Below, in pieces: positions 1 to 15,600 of a DNA stretch of 64,000 nucleotides. Below the pieces are notes generated by a model, which did not search any database, was not told the origin of the DNA, and saw only the letters and a list, made by a program, of their open reading frames with translations. Within the stretch, counting starts at the first letter, position 1; each line of letters begins with the position of its first letter. Where the stretch lies: the NCBI GenBank assembly GCA_012295275.1, contig CM022674.1, positions 9,610,001-9,674,000 of the forward strand, read 5' to 3'. The DNA comes from Chrysomallon squamiferum. Taxonomy: Eukaryota; Animalia; Mollusca. The position numbers were made by a program, and so were the translations under genes.

Positions 1-609
1 TTGATGCCATTTTCCTTATTTTTTGATTCACTTTAATTTCCAAAACATGAAAGTAAAATTTTCGTATAATAATGTGAAAAAAGACTTCAGCCGTTTTAAT
101 ACATTTACAAGAATTTACTGAAAGTGCTTGCAACAGGTTAAAATATCACATATTTCACTATTATTAGTAAAGCTGTTTTGTCCATAAATTCTTTTTTCCA
201 CTTAATAAAAAAAAAGAAAAAAAGAAATAGGAATAATGTAGTTAATAAACATACTGTAACAATGTTTATTTGAATTAATTTATTAACTCTTTGATACTGT
301 TTAATTAGTTATAAATTGTGTATCATATTTATATAGGCACACAAACATATACTATTACAATGCTAAATCAAGACACTAAAATCAAATCTATATTTCTGAT
401 TCCTTCAAAACCAGAATGAAAATCAAGACATTTAACAAAAAGATGTTACTCTATAACAAATCTGGTAATTTTAACAATATACCAGTAAATTTAAATATAC
501 AAGTTTTTAATAAGGATGTTAATAAAGCATAAAAACAATGATTTAATTCGTGCAGTGTACATCATTACAAAAGATAAGGATCTGTTCTGTAATGTGTTAA
601 GTCTCTGAG

Positions 610-3600
610 TCAGATGTTGCTTGCAGTAGTGTTTGGATCATCTTCAAGAAGAAGGTTTTTATTTTCTTCTGAGATGTCTAGGTTGTGTTTGGCAATAGCT
701 TCTTGTGCCTTTCAAAAAGATAAATAACTGAATTTGAATAAGTTAGTCATATATTAAGTACATACATATAAACAGTATCTCAAAAGGTTGTTTGTTAAAC
801 TAAAGGAAATATTAAAACAATACCAGAAATCCAGATAGAGTGCAAAAACAAACAACTAAATGTTAATATGATAAAGTTGAAGTATTCATTATTATTCATA
901 AAGTATAAATCCAATCATTATAACATAGCAAAACATGAAATGTAAATCTTATGTATAATGTTCAGCATTCCTAAACTTTTATTGAAAGTACAGCAAAGTT
1001 AATAGTTATTACTTACCTGTTTTATAAATATTTTCTGGTTTGTGGTAATCACTTTATTGAAGAAATGTTCTGCAACTGAATTTGCCTGACATTCCATAGC
1101 AACATACCCACAGTTCAAAAATGATGCTGCTAAAAAGATTTTCTGTTTTACTGTACTTTTCTGATTGACATTTTTCTCTATTTCAAATGCTTTGTCAACG
1201 TTCATGTTTTTATTCTTTATCTCATAGCAGGAATTCAGTGGGTTGTTTGGTTCTGCCTCCTGTTGACTATTCCTTGTATCATAGTCAGACTCCTTTCTTT
1301 TTTCAGCCTCAGAGACATTATTTATATACTTCACATTTTCAGTATTTTTCTCTGGGTTACTGTCCATTGCTTCCTTTCTACTATTGGTGCTTAAGTGAGA
1401 CATGGATGGTTCTTGCAAATGTTTGGTATATTTTGTTTCAAGTAAGTCAATGACATATTGATATGCTTCTTTGAATTGGTTGTTGTCATGGTAGAAATTA
1501 ATAAGCATCAAAACAAATCTCTGAAATTAAACAAAATAAAACAAAAAACTATGCATTCACTACACTGACTGTTTAATATTTTGTTATAATTATTATCAGT
1601 GCTTAAAACAAGATATGACAGGACTGAAGATGCACTCTATTTTGTAAAAACAATTTTCTTTATTTCAATTTTGTATTTAATGTTTGTTAAGAAATTGGTT
1701 ATAAATTTAAAATAATTCAATAAAAACTAAAAACAAATAAATCTGTTATTTTTTTTCAGATTAAAAACTGATATTATTGAAATACTATTTTAGTTTCTAT
1801 TAAATGCTGATGTTTCCAAAACTAATAATTAGCTGATGCCTTGTTACAGTTATTTAACATATCCCTTGTTATGATTACTTTAATAGCTATTACCTGGCTC
1901 TGTGGACAAACTTTGAGGCCTTGCTGCAGTATGTTTATTCCCAGTGTAAAAGGTGCTTTTAGATTGTTAACACAATGATCAGCAATGTCAGCATAGTCCT
2001 CTGAGCTGAAATCTGTGTCACCATACTGCAGCAATGTGAGGATTCCTTTAATATCTTCATTTGAAATTAAATACTGTAATTTTCTGTTCTTCAGATCACT
2101 GCTATTTTCATACCTTTCTCAACATAAAACAAATACAATGGATGAAAAACACAGCCTTTACAATAACATAAGTATGTGAATAAAACAACCTTCTGTTAAT
2201 AAAGACATGTGCAATCCTATTTCTATTATGACAAATATCAGTGGTCAGTTTAATTTATAAACATGAGATTATTAACTTTTTCTAAGTAAATTCACTAATG
2301 AGACACATATTAAAAATACCCTGTAGATGAAGGATTGTAAATTAAAAGTCATGTATTATCAAATGTGACACCTAATGCATTACTCAAAAACTTTCATAAC
2401 TAAACATGTATTTGTTTTCTAATAAACTAACAGCTTTTCCAAAGCATAATCAAGAGTCATTTCCACAGGTCTGTCAGGTTTCCATCCTGTCCACAAACTG
2501 TCCAGTTCATCCATGTGTAGGTATGTGGTTTTGCTCTTCTTCTTGCTATTCATCATTGTCACAAGTATTTTATTTGCTTCCTCAAAACCTCCACAGTCAA
2601 TGTAATATTTGGCCATTCTGTGATGTACTCCTGGCAAACAGTGATCCATTTCACCCAGCCTGACCATAATATTATCTGTGTTTAAAATAGTGTGAAAGTA
2701 GTGAAATAACTATGGGAATAATAAAGGGTTAGTACATTAGTAAAATCTAAAAATATTCCAAATGTTTTCTTTAATTAATATTATTTATTAAAACATTTTT
2801 AATACCAAACTGCTACATGGAAATTCTGTAGCAAATATCTAATCTAGCCCATTTAAAAATTAATCAGAATGATTGCTTAAAAAATAAAGCAATAACATAA
2901 AAGCTTATAGTCAATCCACTGAATATTCCTGTTATACTTTATAATCATATTTTACTGAATGAAATCTGTACATGTATTTATAAATCATGATAATTTTGAT
3001 CATCAGTATTTGACTTGTGTCAGAGCATAATAATTATTATGTTTCATCAGCCTACTGATAAACATACTCACACAGTCTCCAGAAATAATCTTTCACCTCA
3101 GCATCATAACGGTTTTGCATTAACCATGCCAACAGAATATTTTCTAAAGCTCGTCTGTGATGGTAGTCATCTTCTGGATACAAATTAATCTTTAAAAAGA
3201 TCACAAAAATGTATGGGTTTGAGTGAATGTCAGAGTTACATAGAAATTTGAGGAAAATGTCAAAATATAAATGCCCACTTACTAGAAGAGATTTAGCCAA
3301 ATTTATTATAATTTCTGACTGATGGTAATTTTAAACACAAATAAAATAAAAAATTCCTACTTTGTATATCTCAATACATTTTTTGGCATATTCTTCAGCT
3401 GCTTTCCAGTTTTTGCGAATCATCTCCAGGGTTCCCAGATTCATGTAATTGACCGCAATGACCGGATGATCCCATCCAACTGCATTAGCTTTCACTTGAA
3501 GAGATCTAATAAACATTTTTGAGTATTTTAATATTACTTGCATATAAAATTCATGCTTGTATAATATTTTTTTAAAACATGCTGAAAACAATATCTCAGT

Positions 3601-6600
3601 AATAGTTAAAACTTACCCAAAATAGTAGTTCAGTAAAATTAAATTTAATATCTATTCAGAATAGTATTTTATTAAGATCTGCATTTTAATACAAACTAAA
3701 ACAGTTACAAATGTATTTACATTATTCTTTGTATTGAACACATACTCAAAATAGTATTTCTCAGCTGTAACCAAATCATTTTGTCTTCTGTAACATAGAC
3801 CAAGGTTTGTCAGCAGATTACCTATGATGTGAGGCACAGTTCCAAAAAAATTATCTTCATAGATCTTAAATGAAAAGATTTTCCAGAAAACATTTTTATT
3901 TAATTTATTATTATTTTATTTTTTATTTTTTTACTGACATTAAATTATTTATAATTATTAATTAATAAAATATTTAAGAAGTAAAGTTTTAGATGGCAAA
4001 ACACATCAGTAATGACAAAAGGTAGTTTAAGTAACTTGAATATAATTTAATAGTTGAAAACATCCATTAATAAATATTTAACTACAAAACTGATATTATG
4101 AATTTCTGGCAAAGCATTTTACAGTGAAGAATAAATAAAGCACACACCTTTAGAGCTCTTTTGAAGATTTCAATAGCCTCTTCATATTTGCAGAGATCCA
4201 GTGATACCAAGCCTAAATTTTGGAGAGCATCTGCAATATTCTGTCTGTTTCCATGTTTCACATGAATGTCATGTGACTGCTGAAGCAAGTTTTTTGCCTA
4301 TCACAGTAACATCCCATCATTAAACATGCTATTTCTCTTTAATTCTTTCTTTATAATAACACATTTAATAACATTTTCATTTATAAGCATATTGGTTAAA
4401 TAAATTATAAGACTAAAAGAACAAATTTTTTAAAAATAAAGTAAATATACTTGTGGAAACACAGCTCAACTACCTCAGTGAGGTTGCCCTGGTAACGAGC
4501 AATCAAACCCAAACCATTGTAACACCACCCTAAACGTGTCTCTGCAAACTTTCCATCCAGATCTCCAGTTTCAATAGCACTAAAATAAAATAAAATAAAG
4601 TATTCTTCAGCTAATTTAGAAAAATAGCATAACATTATTAACAACTTTGTTTTGCTTATAGAGTCCAGTTTATTAGAATAATCTGACTACAGTGAATATA
4701 GTAATGCAAAATGGAAAAACCAAATATATATAGGGAAAAAAAAAATGAACAGAAGTACCTTAATCTATCTGCTTACCAACATTTTTAACTGCATTTTTAA
4801 ATTGTATTTCATAAAAACATTTTCATCAATTAAAACACACATGTTAATCATCATTATTATTATTATTGCAACATTCAGAATAATATTTTAAAATTTATAC
4901 ATTTTGAAGTAGTCCACAACTTCATAATGCATTTTCTTTGCCTCAGTGAATCTCTCTATGTCACAGTATGTGCAGGCTAGCTCATACTTGTGATTAGCCA
5001 ACTTCTTCTGACGTGAACTTTCTTCATAACCATTCACATTCTTCATATTATTCTGAAATGAACAAGATCTGTAAAACATTTATCATTATCATAAATGAAT
5101 AATTCCATTTTTTTACACCAAGAGAAAACTTAATGATTTTATGAACATGAAATATATAAAGAAGAAAGCCATGATAACACAGCAGCTATTTTTAGTTTTA
5201 TACATTATACTATTGAATTATAATGCGGCATATTACTCTGCTAAATGTATTTAACTTGATCAGAATTTTTTACTAATATTAAATCTGGTCCACCATGAGT
5301 CTGACAACAGATGTACATGTGACAATGATGAAGATAAGTATCTTCACGTGAATGCAGGTTGCCATTTTAAAACGTTTATGCTGACTGATGACTTTTTGTA
5401 CAAACAGAACTAACCAAAATAGCAATAATTCTCAATGAAATTTGTAAGCTTGCTGGCTTACAAATGGCTAGTTCAAGAAAATCTTTCATTTCTTCCAAAT
5501 ATATCAGCATCTAAAAGCAATAACAGAAATAATCAAATATAGATTAAATTTATTTTTTAAAACAGAATACAAAAAAGCCTATTTCTAATTATAAAGTTTA
5601 AAATACCAAAGACTTAAAGCAAAATTTTGTCAGAGCAATCAGATTTAAACAAATTATTTATCTAGAAAAGAAGAAATACATATTTTTGGACAAGAGAAGG
5701 CAAAAATATTTTTTGTGAGAACAACACACTGCATTAGAAGGGAAATGTTTGTAAAAATAAAAATTAATTTGATGTAAATATCTGGTATCAGCAGTAACTA
5801 CAAATATACTTTATGTAGATATCCAGAAACTGGATTACTAAACGTGAGTAAATCACAAGTTATGTGATGGCGGTTTGGTTTAAAAAATTTCCATTGAGCT
5901 GTTCATTATCCTAAAGCAAATTTTCTGGCATGCTGTTTCTATTTTTAACAGAAGTAATAGCTGAAAAAAGTATTCCCATGTCAGTGATGTTTAAAATGCT
6001 ACCCATCTGGTAACTATACAGATAATATTAAACTTTCAATACAATTACAAACAATATTTGGAATGACCTTTCAATTGGATTTCTAAATAATTAACAAAAG
6101 GAAACACTGAAAACAGTTGTTTACCTGTATGCCAGGTGGTTTTGTTGATGAGGTTGCACCATCAAGATACAACAAATAGAATTCCACCAGCCGTGTGTTA
6201 AACTCCTCTTCAAACATTTCACTGTACTGAATAAAACTATAACCAGTGCTTTTCCACAACTCCAGTAACTCATAATCCCTCTCTCTACAAAAAACAAAAT
6301 CATCTTACAGGCACTTATATGGTCAGAGCTCACAAGTAATCCATACTTTATAATTAATTTATGTAACCAGTTATTGATCTGTACAGGGAAAATATTTCCA
6401 AACACCAAAATTAAATTCATTTTGAGACAAGGGATGGAAATCTTTTTTATCATATTTAAATCTGAAAACAAATTCTAAAAATTGAATAACAGTTTATATT
6501 GATTTTTATTAATATTATTGAACAATGTTAGCACTCTCAAAGAATCCAAATTGATTTCAATAATGATCTTAAAATTACTTCTTGTTAGTAAGTTTTTACC

Positions 6601-9600
6601 AAGAAATTTGAAATTGTTATGCTGACAACAACAACAACAAAAAAATTAAAATAAAAAGACATGAGGTGACATATCTGAGAAAGATAGAATACTATAGCAT
6701 TTCCCTTCCTCAGATTCATCACAAGCAGTCCATGAAAGTTAAATGATTAAGTCCGACACAGTAAAGTTGATTTTGAAAGTTAATTAGAACATCTCCTCAT
6801 CATATCTATCATCTCTAAAAATAAATTTATAATATTCTTACATAAAAGATAATAATAATCATGGTTAATTTAATTTAAAAATTAGGTACTGATTATTTAA
6901 TAAAATTAAGATTTAAAAATATATATGTGATCAACTTACTGATACAATCTTGAAAATATATAAAGATCAACAAGTGATTTTGCCAATCCTTCTTTATCAT
7001 CTATTGACCTCTGAAGCCATGGCAACTCGTATGCCAAACGTATAGTACTTTTGTCGATGTAATCCATAGTTACAGAAAACCTCTGTTCAGAAAATAAAAA
7101 GAAGAGGTAAACTATGCACAGAGAAAAGAAAATAAGTTCAGAGAGGTGCATTCACAATATTAAAGGTATGGTAATGATTTATGTTTAGTTCCAGTATTAT
7201 TTTGTACAATTATCATAAATCCTTGTATGAACAAAATTTACAATTAATCCTTATTATTTTATTTTGCTTTTCCTCTCCCTATATTCTTAGTCTCTGGAAT
7301 TAGTCTTAATTCTGTCCACGTACTATAAATCAAATTTATAATCTTATGTTGTGTTTTGTATTTGATATGTTTCTCTATTTCACTGCAATCTTCATAATTA
7401 AAAAAGTAACATATAAGTACAAACCTTTCTCTTCCTTTCAAAAAAGTTGATAAGTTTTCTTGTAACAGATACTCTGAAAATCAAAATCAATTTCCGTCAG
7501 AAAGAAAATGTCACCAGTAAAACAATATTTGACTTCTTAACAACAGACATGTCTTTCTAGAACAAAACATTAAAATGTTTATTATTTTTACTTAAAAATT
7601 CAGCAAATGATTACAATATAATTCTGATTTCTACAAAGTCCTTTGCTAATCCTTATTTAAGCCCATAACTTTATAATACATATTTATTTAATGATACATT
7701 TATTTTTACATCTGTCTTCCTCTGTTATCAAATATCTTCAAAGTTATATCAAGTGTCATTCAGCTGGGTGTAATTAGACAAGCAGTAGGAATAATGTTTT
7801 TACTTGTTTTTGTCTATTATCAATTATCTTAATGGTTATATATTTATACTTGTCTTTGTCTATGGATATATATATACTGTGCCAAATAAGTTTAGCAATT
7901 ACATACAAGGATATGACATACAGACAACCTGATTGGATGTTGAATTTATTTATATACATTATTTAATTGATAGAGCATTTCTGAATGTAGCCAACAGTAA
8001 CACACTGTCACAGTATCAATGTCGTTACCTTAATGTCAGCTGATGAAACAGAGGGGTACATCTACTAAATGGTGAGAGAGGCTCAATAATGTGTGTGCAC
8101 TAGCAGCACTGATAACAGTACATCATCGTCTCGTTCTTCTAATGACAGCATTAATCTCAGGAATAATAATTGCATTCCATTCCTGGTTGACATCATCTTG
8201 TAGGTCATGGACGTTAAGGAAACAGAGGATGGTTTTTGCATATCCTATATGCTGCAGGAATAGAATGACCACTGGTGTAATGATTTTGTTGCAGTAATGT
8301 TGAGCAGTTGTTTCCATGAATGAAAACAAGATCTATTTTACCTCCACCATAAATAATGGCCCAGACCCTGGCACAGTTGCCTCCATACATGACACCTACC
8401 ATCCACAAACTGAACACAAAATCTGGATTCGTCTATGAATTATGTCTGATCCCATCGTCTACATCTCCAGTGTTGGTGTATTCTGGCCCATCTCATATGT
8501 TCCTGAATGTAATCCAGCAGCATGGAGACTGTTACTGACAGTCTGAGCATGAATTCTTGTGTCTGTGGTTTGCTGCAAAGTATGGGCTAAACGTGGAGCC
8601 TGTGATGTTGAGATAAAATCACTAAATACTATCTTCCCTTGGAATAGTTAATAGTAGTTACCAGAATGTGGTCAATCTTGCCCAGTTTGGTGTACATGTT
8701 GGAGCAGTCATGATATGCTACTGCCATGAACATGAAAGTAATGAGCGATGTAGTGTACATGTGTGCTGGCATTGCTTCTTGATTTTCCATTAAGTATGGA
8801 CAGGAATCGATTAAAACAGGATAAATTTTTCCTTTTGTTTTTGATTTAAAAACATCCTTATTGCATGTGCTTCTTCAGCAACACAAGCGCACCTCCTTTA
8901 CATATATAGTACACATAGCTATGGTTTTCTTTTCATTACCCAAAAAAGTAACATATTACCAAGTTTTTATCACTTTATTTTAATTTATTTGAAAGTGACA
9001 GTCATTTACAAAAACTTGCTAAATGATTTTGGTTAAGAATATTTTTATATATACCTGTCTTCCTCAGTCTTCAAGTATTTTCCTTTAATAGCATCCTTCA
9101 TTTCTGAGAAAGCAAACCTGAAAAGTAATACTAGAATAGTTTCTCAATAATACCTAAATATCTTGGAAAAAAAAAGTCTGCAAAGCGACTATTTCTTTCC
9201 TTTTTTTTCTTTTTCTTAACTTCAATCAACATACAGTTTAGGTACATTTCACCTGGAACAATAAACATGGGACAATAAATGTAGATTATAGATTCTGAAT
9301 ATTTGTAACTCATGTCTTTGATGAGAAGACTGACAAACAGTTCCACAATATTTTTATTGATTTCTTACCAGAGAGGTCCAGAATGACAGATTAGGAATTT
9401 TTCCATGGCGAAGTAGAGAGGAGAGAAGATTTGTTTTGGGATATCTAATGCATCTTGTAGTTCAGATTCTGACAGACCTTCATGAGAAACATGCAATGCA
9501 GAAAATACCTGAAATACACATTTTTAACTTAATACCACAGGTTTATGTATGTGACTAAATCAAGATATAGCAATTCAATTTCAAACTGTAAAACATAATG

Positions 9601-12600
9601 CTGATACGTCTGACAAAAATGTTTTAAATTATTAATATTAATAAACATACACTCTAAGTCAAATAACCTGACTTTCTTCACATTTAAATACCGAGTTTTT
9701 CAATACATTAATCAGACTTACATTAAAATATACAACAATTATTTCTAAACCACATAAACAACTTGATTATAACTTGTTTTGCCATGTAGCTACCTTGTAG
9801 ACATATTTTATTTCTGCCATCCCTTTCTAGGGATATTGCTATTTCCACTTACAAAAATGAGGAATGACCAACCTAAAACAGCATATACTAGAGAGAACAT
9901 TCAAATTGCAGAGAAGCTGCTTGCTTTCTGATCTTGTAGTACAGAATAACAGAATAATAAACCAAGTGTTAAGTATAATCTAGTAAACATGATTCTCCTT
10001 AAATATACACGAAACAAACAATTCTCTAATTCATTTACGGCACACTGCATCTGAAATATCACATTAGAGTTTTCTCTAATTTAGCCATAAAAACATATAA
10101 GTATAATACAGAAATAGTTTTCTTACTAGTTTAACAAGTTCTGGATAGTCCTTAACATTATAGTCACTTTCCATCCGGTCAAGATACTTGTCAAACAGCT
10201 GCTCAATACTGTAAAAATATAATTATAAATAACATAAACAATATTAGAATAGCAATAATATATCTGTACACATACAAATATATAAATGTTATTTATAAAT
10301 GAATATGGCTGAACCAATATGACTGACAATCTCTTGTGTATTAAAATTTTCTTGTTCATATTTTCTTAATGTTAAAGCTGAATGATTTTTCACTGGAATT
10401 TTGCAATAAACTTGGGAAATACTGACAAGTTTGCAAATTTTGAAATGCTGTGACCATTATAACAATTCAGTTGATGATATTTTATGAAAAATAGACAGGT
10501 GACTGTTTTTCTCAGGCGGCTGTTAGACCAGTTTCAACAGTATTTTAAATATATAAAAAATAAAGAAAAAAAGTACATATTTAATTCTTTCTATTTCCAT
10601 AATTATATTTAAAATAATTTAACATTTTTTAAAAATAATATTATGATAAACTGCTAAAAAAATGCATAGATATTATATGGATGTTACAGTGAATTTATAA
10701 AAAAAATTTAAAAAGAAAAAAAAACATAAATCAGATTACAGTTTAAAAAACAAATTAAAAAGAAAACAATTTAAGAGATCATTGTCAGTGACATTAGTGA
10801 TTTCATTACCCTTTTAACCACAAATCTATTAGAAACCTAGACACAAAATTAATTTATATTCTACCAATTCCATTGTTTAAAACCTTTAGTTCAATATGAT
10901 ACAAACCTTTCACAAGCTATCAGTGATTCTATTTTTTCATCTAACTTCCTAAAGTAGCCAAACACTGAAAGTTCCTAAAATATTGATTAATTTAATTTCT
11001 ATAAACAATATAAAATGTGTTAAATGTCTGAAAATAAGAAATTAAATCATTATCTAAAGATGAAATTCTAATGATAGACTTTAAAGAATAAATTATACAA
11101 ATGCCTTGACAGTATCAAACATCAAATTACTAACTTCCTTCTTGCTGTATCTGTCTGTTTTATTTTTAAGATACTGAATTTTATTACATGAACTTAGCTT
11201 TAATAACTTTTCACTGACTTGCATCTGCTTTTTACTAACTAACGATTAAAATAATAATAAATTATTTATAAATTAAGAAATAACAGTTTACAATAACTTC
11301 ATTCAACTGTCTTAATAGAAATTAAAATATGACTGAAAATAAATAAAAATTGTGGATTAATTAAAATACTCTAACTTACATGCAATGTGATTTGAAGAAA
11401 AAGGGGGTTTGATGTCTGCTCTGACGTGACCACTTTCTTGAGTTGTTCAGATGAAAAAGCCTTCCCACTTCTCTGCAGTGATTGCTGAAAATATGAACCT
11501 AAATTAAGAATAGATCATACAAAATGATGTTCTGAAAACCAGTAAAATCCTGAAACGAAATCATATCTGTCAATCAAAAAAGAAAAAAATAATTAAATAG
11601 AAAAGAAATGTTTCTAAACAGTGGTCTATATTGTGAGGAGGAAATTATTATTGGCTATATTTACTGAAAGACAAATATAAAAATAAAATTATCACTTAAG
11701 TGTATTTTTTGAGAATGGTTTGTAAATTTATCAAAAGCAGACAGTACTCACTACACATATCTCATGCTTGGTTTGCCTGGACAGAGGCTGCAGTGATAAA
11801 ATCTCATAATGACGCTTCTTAACTAGTTCCTCAAAAACAGTCTTTTCTGAATGCAAGCATGACACCACAACAGATACATGTCTAGGCAGGTTGTCTGGCA
11901 GCCAGTACAGAGACTGAATGAAGTTGAAGAAAAATATAAATAAATTGATTTCATTTGTATAAAATTAGTGCTAATATTCAAATATGACAATACCCTCTTT
12001 TATGATAAAATAATATAATAATATGATTGAGTAGTTTACTAAATCACACTGAAATTTATTAATTATTTATTTTGTTTATACATACTTCTTTGCATCATTT
12101 TTTATATTCTGTTTTAAAGATTCTGCATACATTTTTAGATGTTACTGCAAATTTTCTTTATACAAGTAACACAACATTTTTATCTATTCTGTTTTTTCCT
12201 GAAAAGTGGCATTGATTTAATTCTAATCTGTAATCAGAAAACAAATGTAAAAATATAAAATTAAAACATGTAAAATACCTTTGTCACTTTTCCAGAATCT
12301 TTTACAGCTTTTTCAACTGCATCAACAATAATGATAACTTTCTTGCTCATCTTTTCTGTCAGTTCTTCTAGTAACTCTCTGAACTTGTTGATGTTTTCTC
12401 GTACACTGCTGTCACCCGACTTCTCTGTACTCTCCTCAACTTTCTCTTCTGGACATTTCTGCTTACTTTTTATAATCTCAATGTAATATTTTACCTCCAG
12501 ATTCAGCCTAAAAGAAATGCTTCTGGGCTCTGAAAATCAAAACTGTGCTTAATTTATAATAATTAAACCTATGTAAAGGCAATAAACCCAATTCTGAAAA

Positions 12601-15600
12601 AACAGGTTATATTAATGTTTTAAAATGTTTGTTATAATTAATAACTGTTATGTTTGGGTGATGATAAAGTAACTACACTGCAAACAAAAATTAAAATCAT
12701 AAAAGCACAAAAATACAAATTGCTAAAACCAAACAAATAAAAATTTAATTATAATAATAAGTCCTTCTAAAATGTTATGAACATTTTTATTATTATTTTA
12801 TTTAATCCATTATAGTATTTAATTTTTTATAATTAACATCTATTCTCTGTATGTCTACATATCATATGTTCTTTATTAAAAAATTTCTCTAGTATGTATT
12901 TCGGATATAAAAAAACAAAAACAATCCTTATTCAGCATGAAAACACATTTTTATCTATAACTGAAATAAATTTCCACCAAATGAAAAAAATAATGCTGTT
13001 GGATATTTATTTTATTTATATACATTAATCATTTCAGACAGGTTGAAAAACCTTCAATTTATTTATGCTATTCAAATTTTTATTTTATAATAAACTCAAT
13101 TAGCAGAAAATGCTGTTTTATAATTTATGTTTTTGTTTACTTTTTGCTATGGTGATCCTACTTTAAAAACAAAAACCAGCTGAAACTATATACAACTGCA
13201 TCTGTAGATCATCTCTAGACAAGGTAGGTAACAGCAGTGAATACTTGAAGCTACATCTAGGAGGGGCTGGTCATGGCTGGACAAATCAGAGATAGTACTG
13301 ATGTATTACTAATTTCAACTACACTCCCAAAATAGATTTGAAATATTCATTAAATACTTTAACAACTTACTGCCACTATCTTTTCCACAAGCAATGAAAT
13401 GATAAAGAACAACATATTTTTCCTCTCTTTTACTGAGATGGTCTATCCAGTTGCTAAGTAATGCAGACTTCCCACTTCCAGCTGAACCAGAGATTAAAAC
13501 ACTTTTATCTGTAAAAAAATAATTAAATACTTTGTTAGTTAATAAATTAAAATGAAGAGTTTTAAATTTTATTGACATCTCAGTTTATTATATCTGAGTT
13601 AATGAACTGTTCTCAATAGCTAGAAAATATCATTCCTGCTAATCAGGTGAAGTAATGTTCAGCAATTAAAATCATCAAAAATTACTTATCATCAATATTC
13701 ATTAACTTATTTTCTGTTACAAGATATTCATTCATTCGATTACTTTACAATAACTTTATTTCTCTTGTTTATTTTATTATAAGCAATATTAACTTATTCA
13801 GTTCCTAACCATCATCAAACAATAACTCTTTTATTGTCTAGTTTAATCTATTACCATTTTTTATGTAATCATCAAGTTGCTGGAAGTAATTATTTTCAGT
13901 AACATACAACTGCCTTTTGCTCATCATAAATGTATCATGATCCAGCAGCAGTTTTTGTTGAAGAGTCAAATTGTTTTGTCCTTCCAGGATCTCATTCAGA
14001 TACTTCCACACTGCAGTGAATATCCTTTTTGCACACTGTAGAGAAAAAAAGAAAAAAGGAAATATATTAATATTCACAAAAACGCTTTCAAAATATCTGA
14101 AATTCATTATCAGTGAATAACTAAAATGTTCTTACCACTAAAAGTTGGTGAGATTTATAAAAATAATCAAATAAAACCTGTTCACTGAAAACAAATAAAA
14201 CCCTATTTTTGTTCATCTGACACAAATTTATTCCAAGTATTTTATTATTTTCTTTACTATTTATTTAGTGTTTTTTTTTGGCAGTTGTTGTTTCATAAAA
14301 ATTTATTAAACTTATTATTAAATATGTAAACTGAAATACAACTTTCTCACTTGATGAGGATGTTCATACTGCAAATGCACATCAAGACACTGTAAAAAAA
14401 ATTATAAATAAAATGAGATATTCTTTAAAATATAACATAAATTTAGTTTAAAATAAATAAAATTTAAGTATTTTAACCAGTGATGATGCAATAACACTTT
14501 TTCAGTTTAAAAATATTTTGTATTTTATAGATAATAAATATTAATTTGTATCTGAGCTACATATGGAATAGTCTAAATCGTTGTTTTTTCTCTATGATTT
14601 ACAAAGCATGTCAATAAAATAGTGAGACCATTTTCCTTTTAACATATCTATATGTATATAGCAATGTTAAAAATAAATAAATAAATAATAACACTAATAA
14701 TAAAAGACTATTTCACAGAGGTACACAGAATATATTTTGATGTATTCTTAAAATATAGCACAGTATCCCCATTTAAAATAAAATGTAACTTATCAAATAT
14801 TTACTCAAAAAGAAACCCTTCACAGTTCACTTAATTCAAATTTAAATAACATCAGTTCAGAAAGTGGCAGAGAAATTTTACTAACCATCCTCTGTTTTAA
14901 AATTCTCATAACTAACTTTATCTTGTATGTTTTCTACTTCTCTCTTCAACATGTTCCTCATCTCAGTCGCTTCATTTCCCTCAGCTACGTATTTCATTGC
15001 CGTCTTCTTATCTTCCAGCTCAGAGTAATGTTTGTATTTTTCATCATCAAACTTCTACATAAAAATGATCAAAAAAATAATAAAAAAAAAAAAAAAAAAA
15101 TGCATGTGTCAAAATGAATAGAGATTTCAAAAAATTTCACAGTATGCATAGCAATGATATCTGAGACATACCCAACTGGTCAGACAGTCTGTTTCTGATC
15201 AGTGTTCCTGGTACATGATCACTATCTTCTGGATTCACTGACAATTTACAAATGTTCACAAACAGAAAAAACATTAAAAAAAAAAAAAACAATAGTAATA
15301 AGATAATGATAATAATAATAATAAATAAATAAATAAAATTATAAAAAACACTAAATTTGTATACATTTTTAAATTCCAAGATGACCATAATTATCATTAT
15401 ATATCTGTACACAAACCTTGGATCTAAAGTAGATGCATGTTGGCATGCTTCCAGGGTTGTTGAGATGTCCATGCCGAAATTCTATTTCTGTAACACTCCT
15501 GTCACGGTAGTTATCCACCCATGGATAAGTGGTTATAGTATTATCAAAATTTTTTTGAAGTAGATCGTATTTACTACCATGACTACTGTGCCATCCATAT

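Noticed and set aside
1187-3522. Plus-strand ORFs overlapping the TPR exons (also 31795 and 32403 over CFAP107)
   Set aside because: Antisense shadows of real minus-strand exons, with no motifs or splice support.
5320-5392. Box C/D snoRNA-like pattern (atgatga...ctga)
   Set aside because: Antisense to the host gene, no terminal stem and no recognisable guide sequence.
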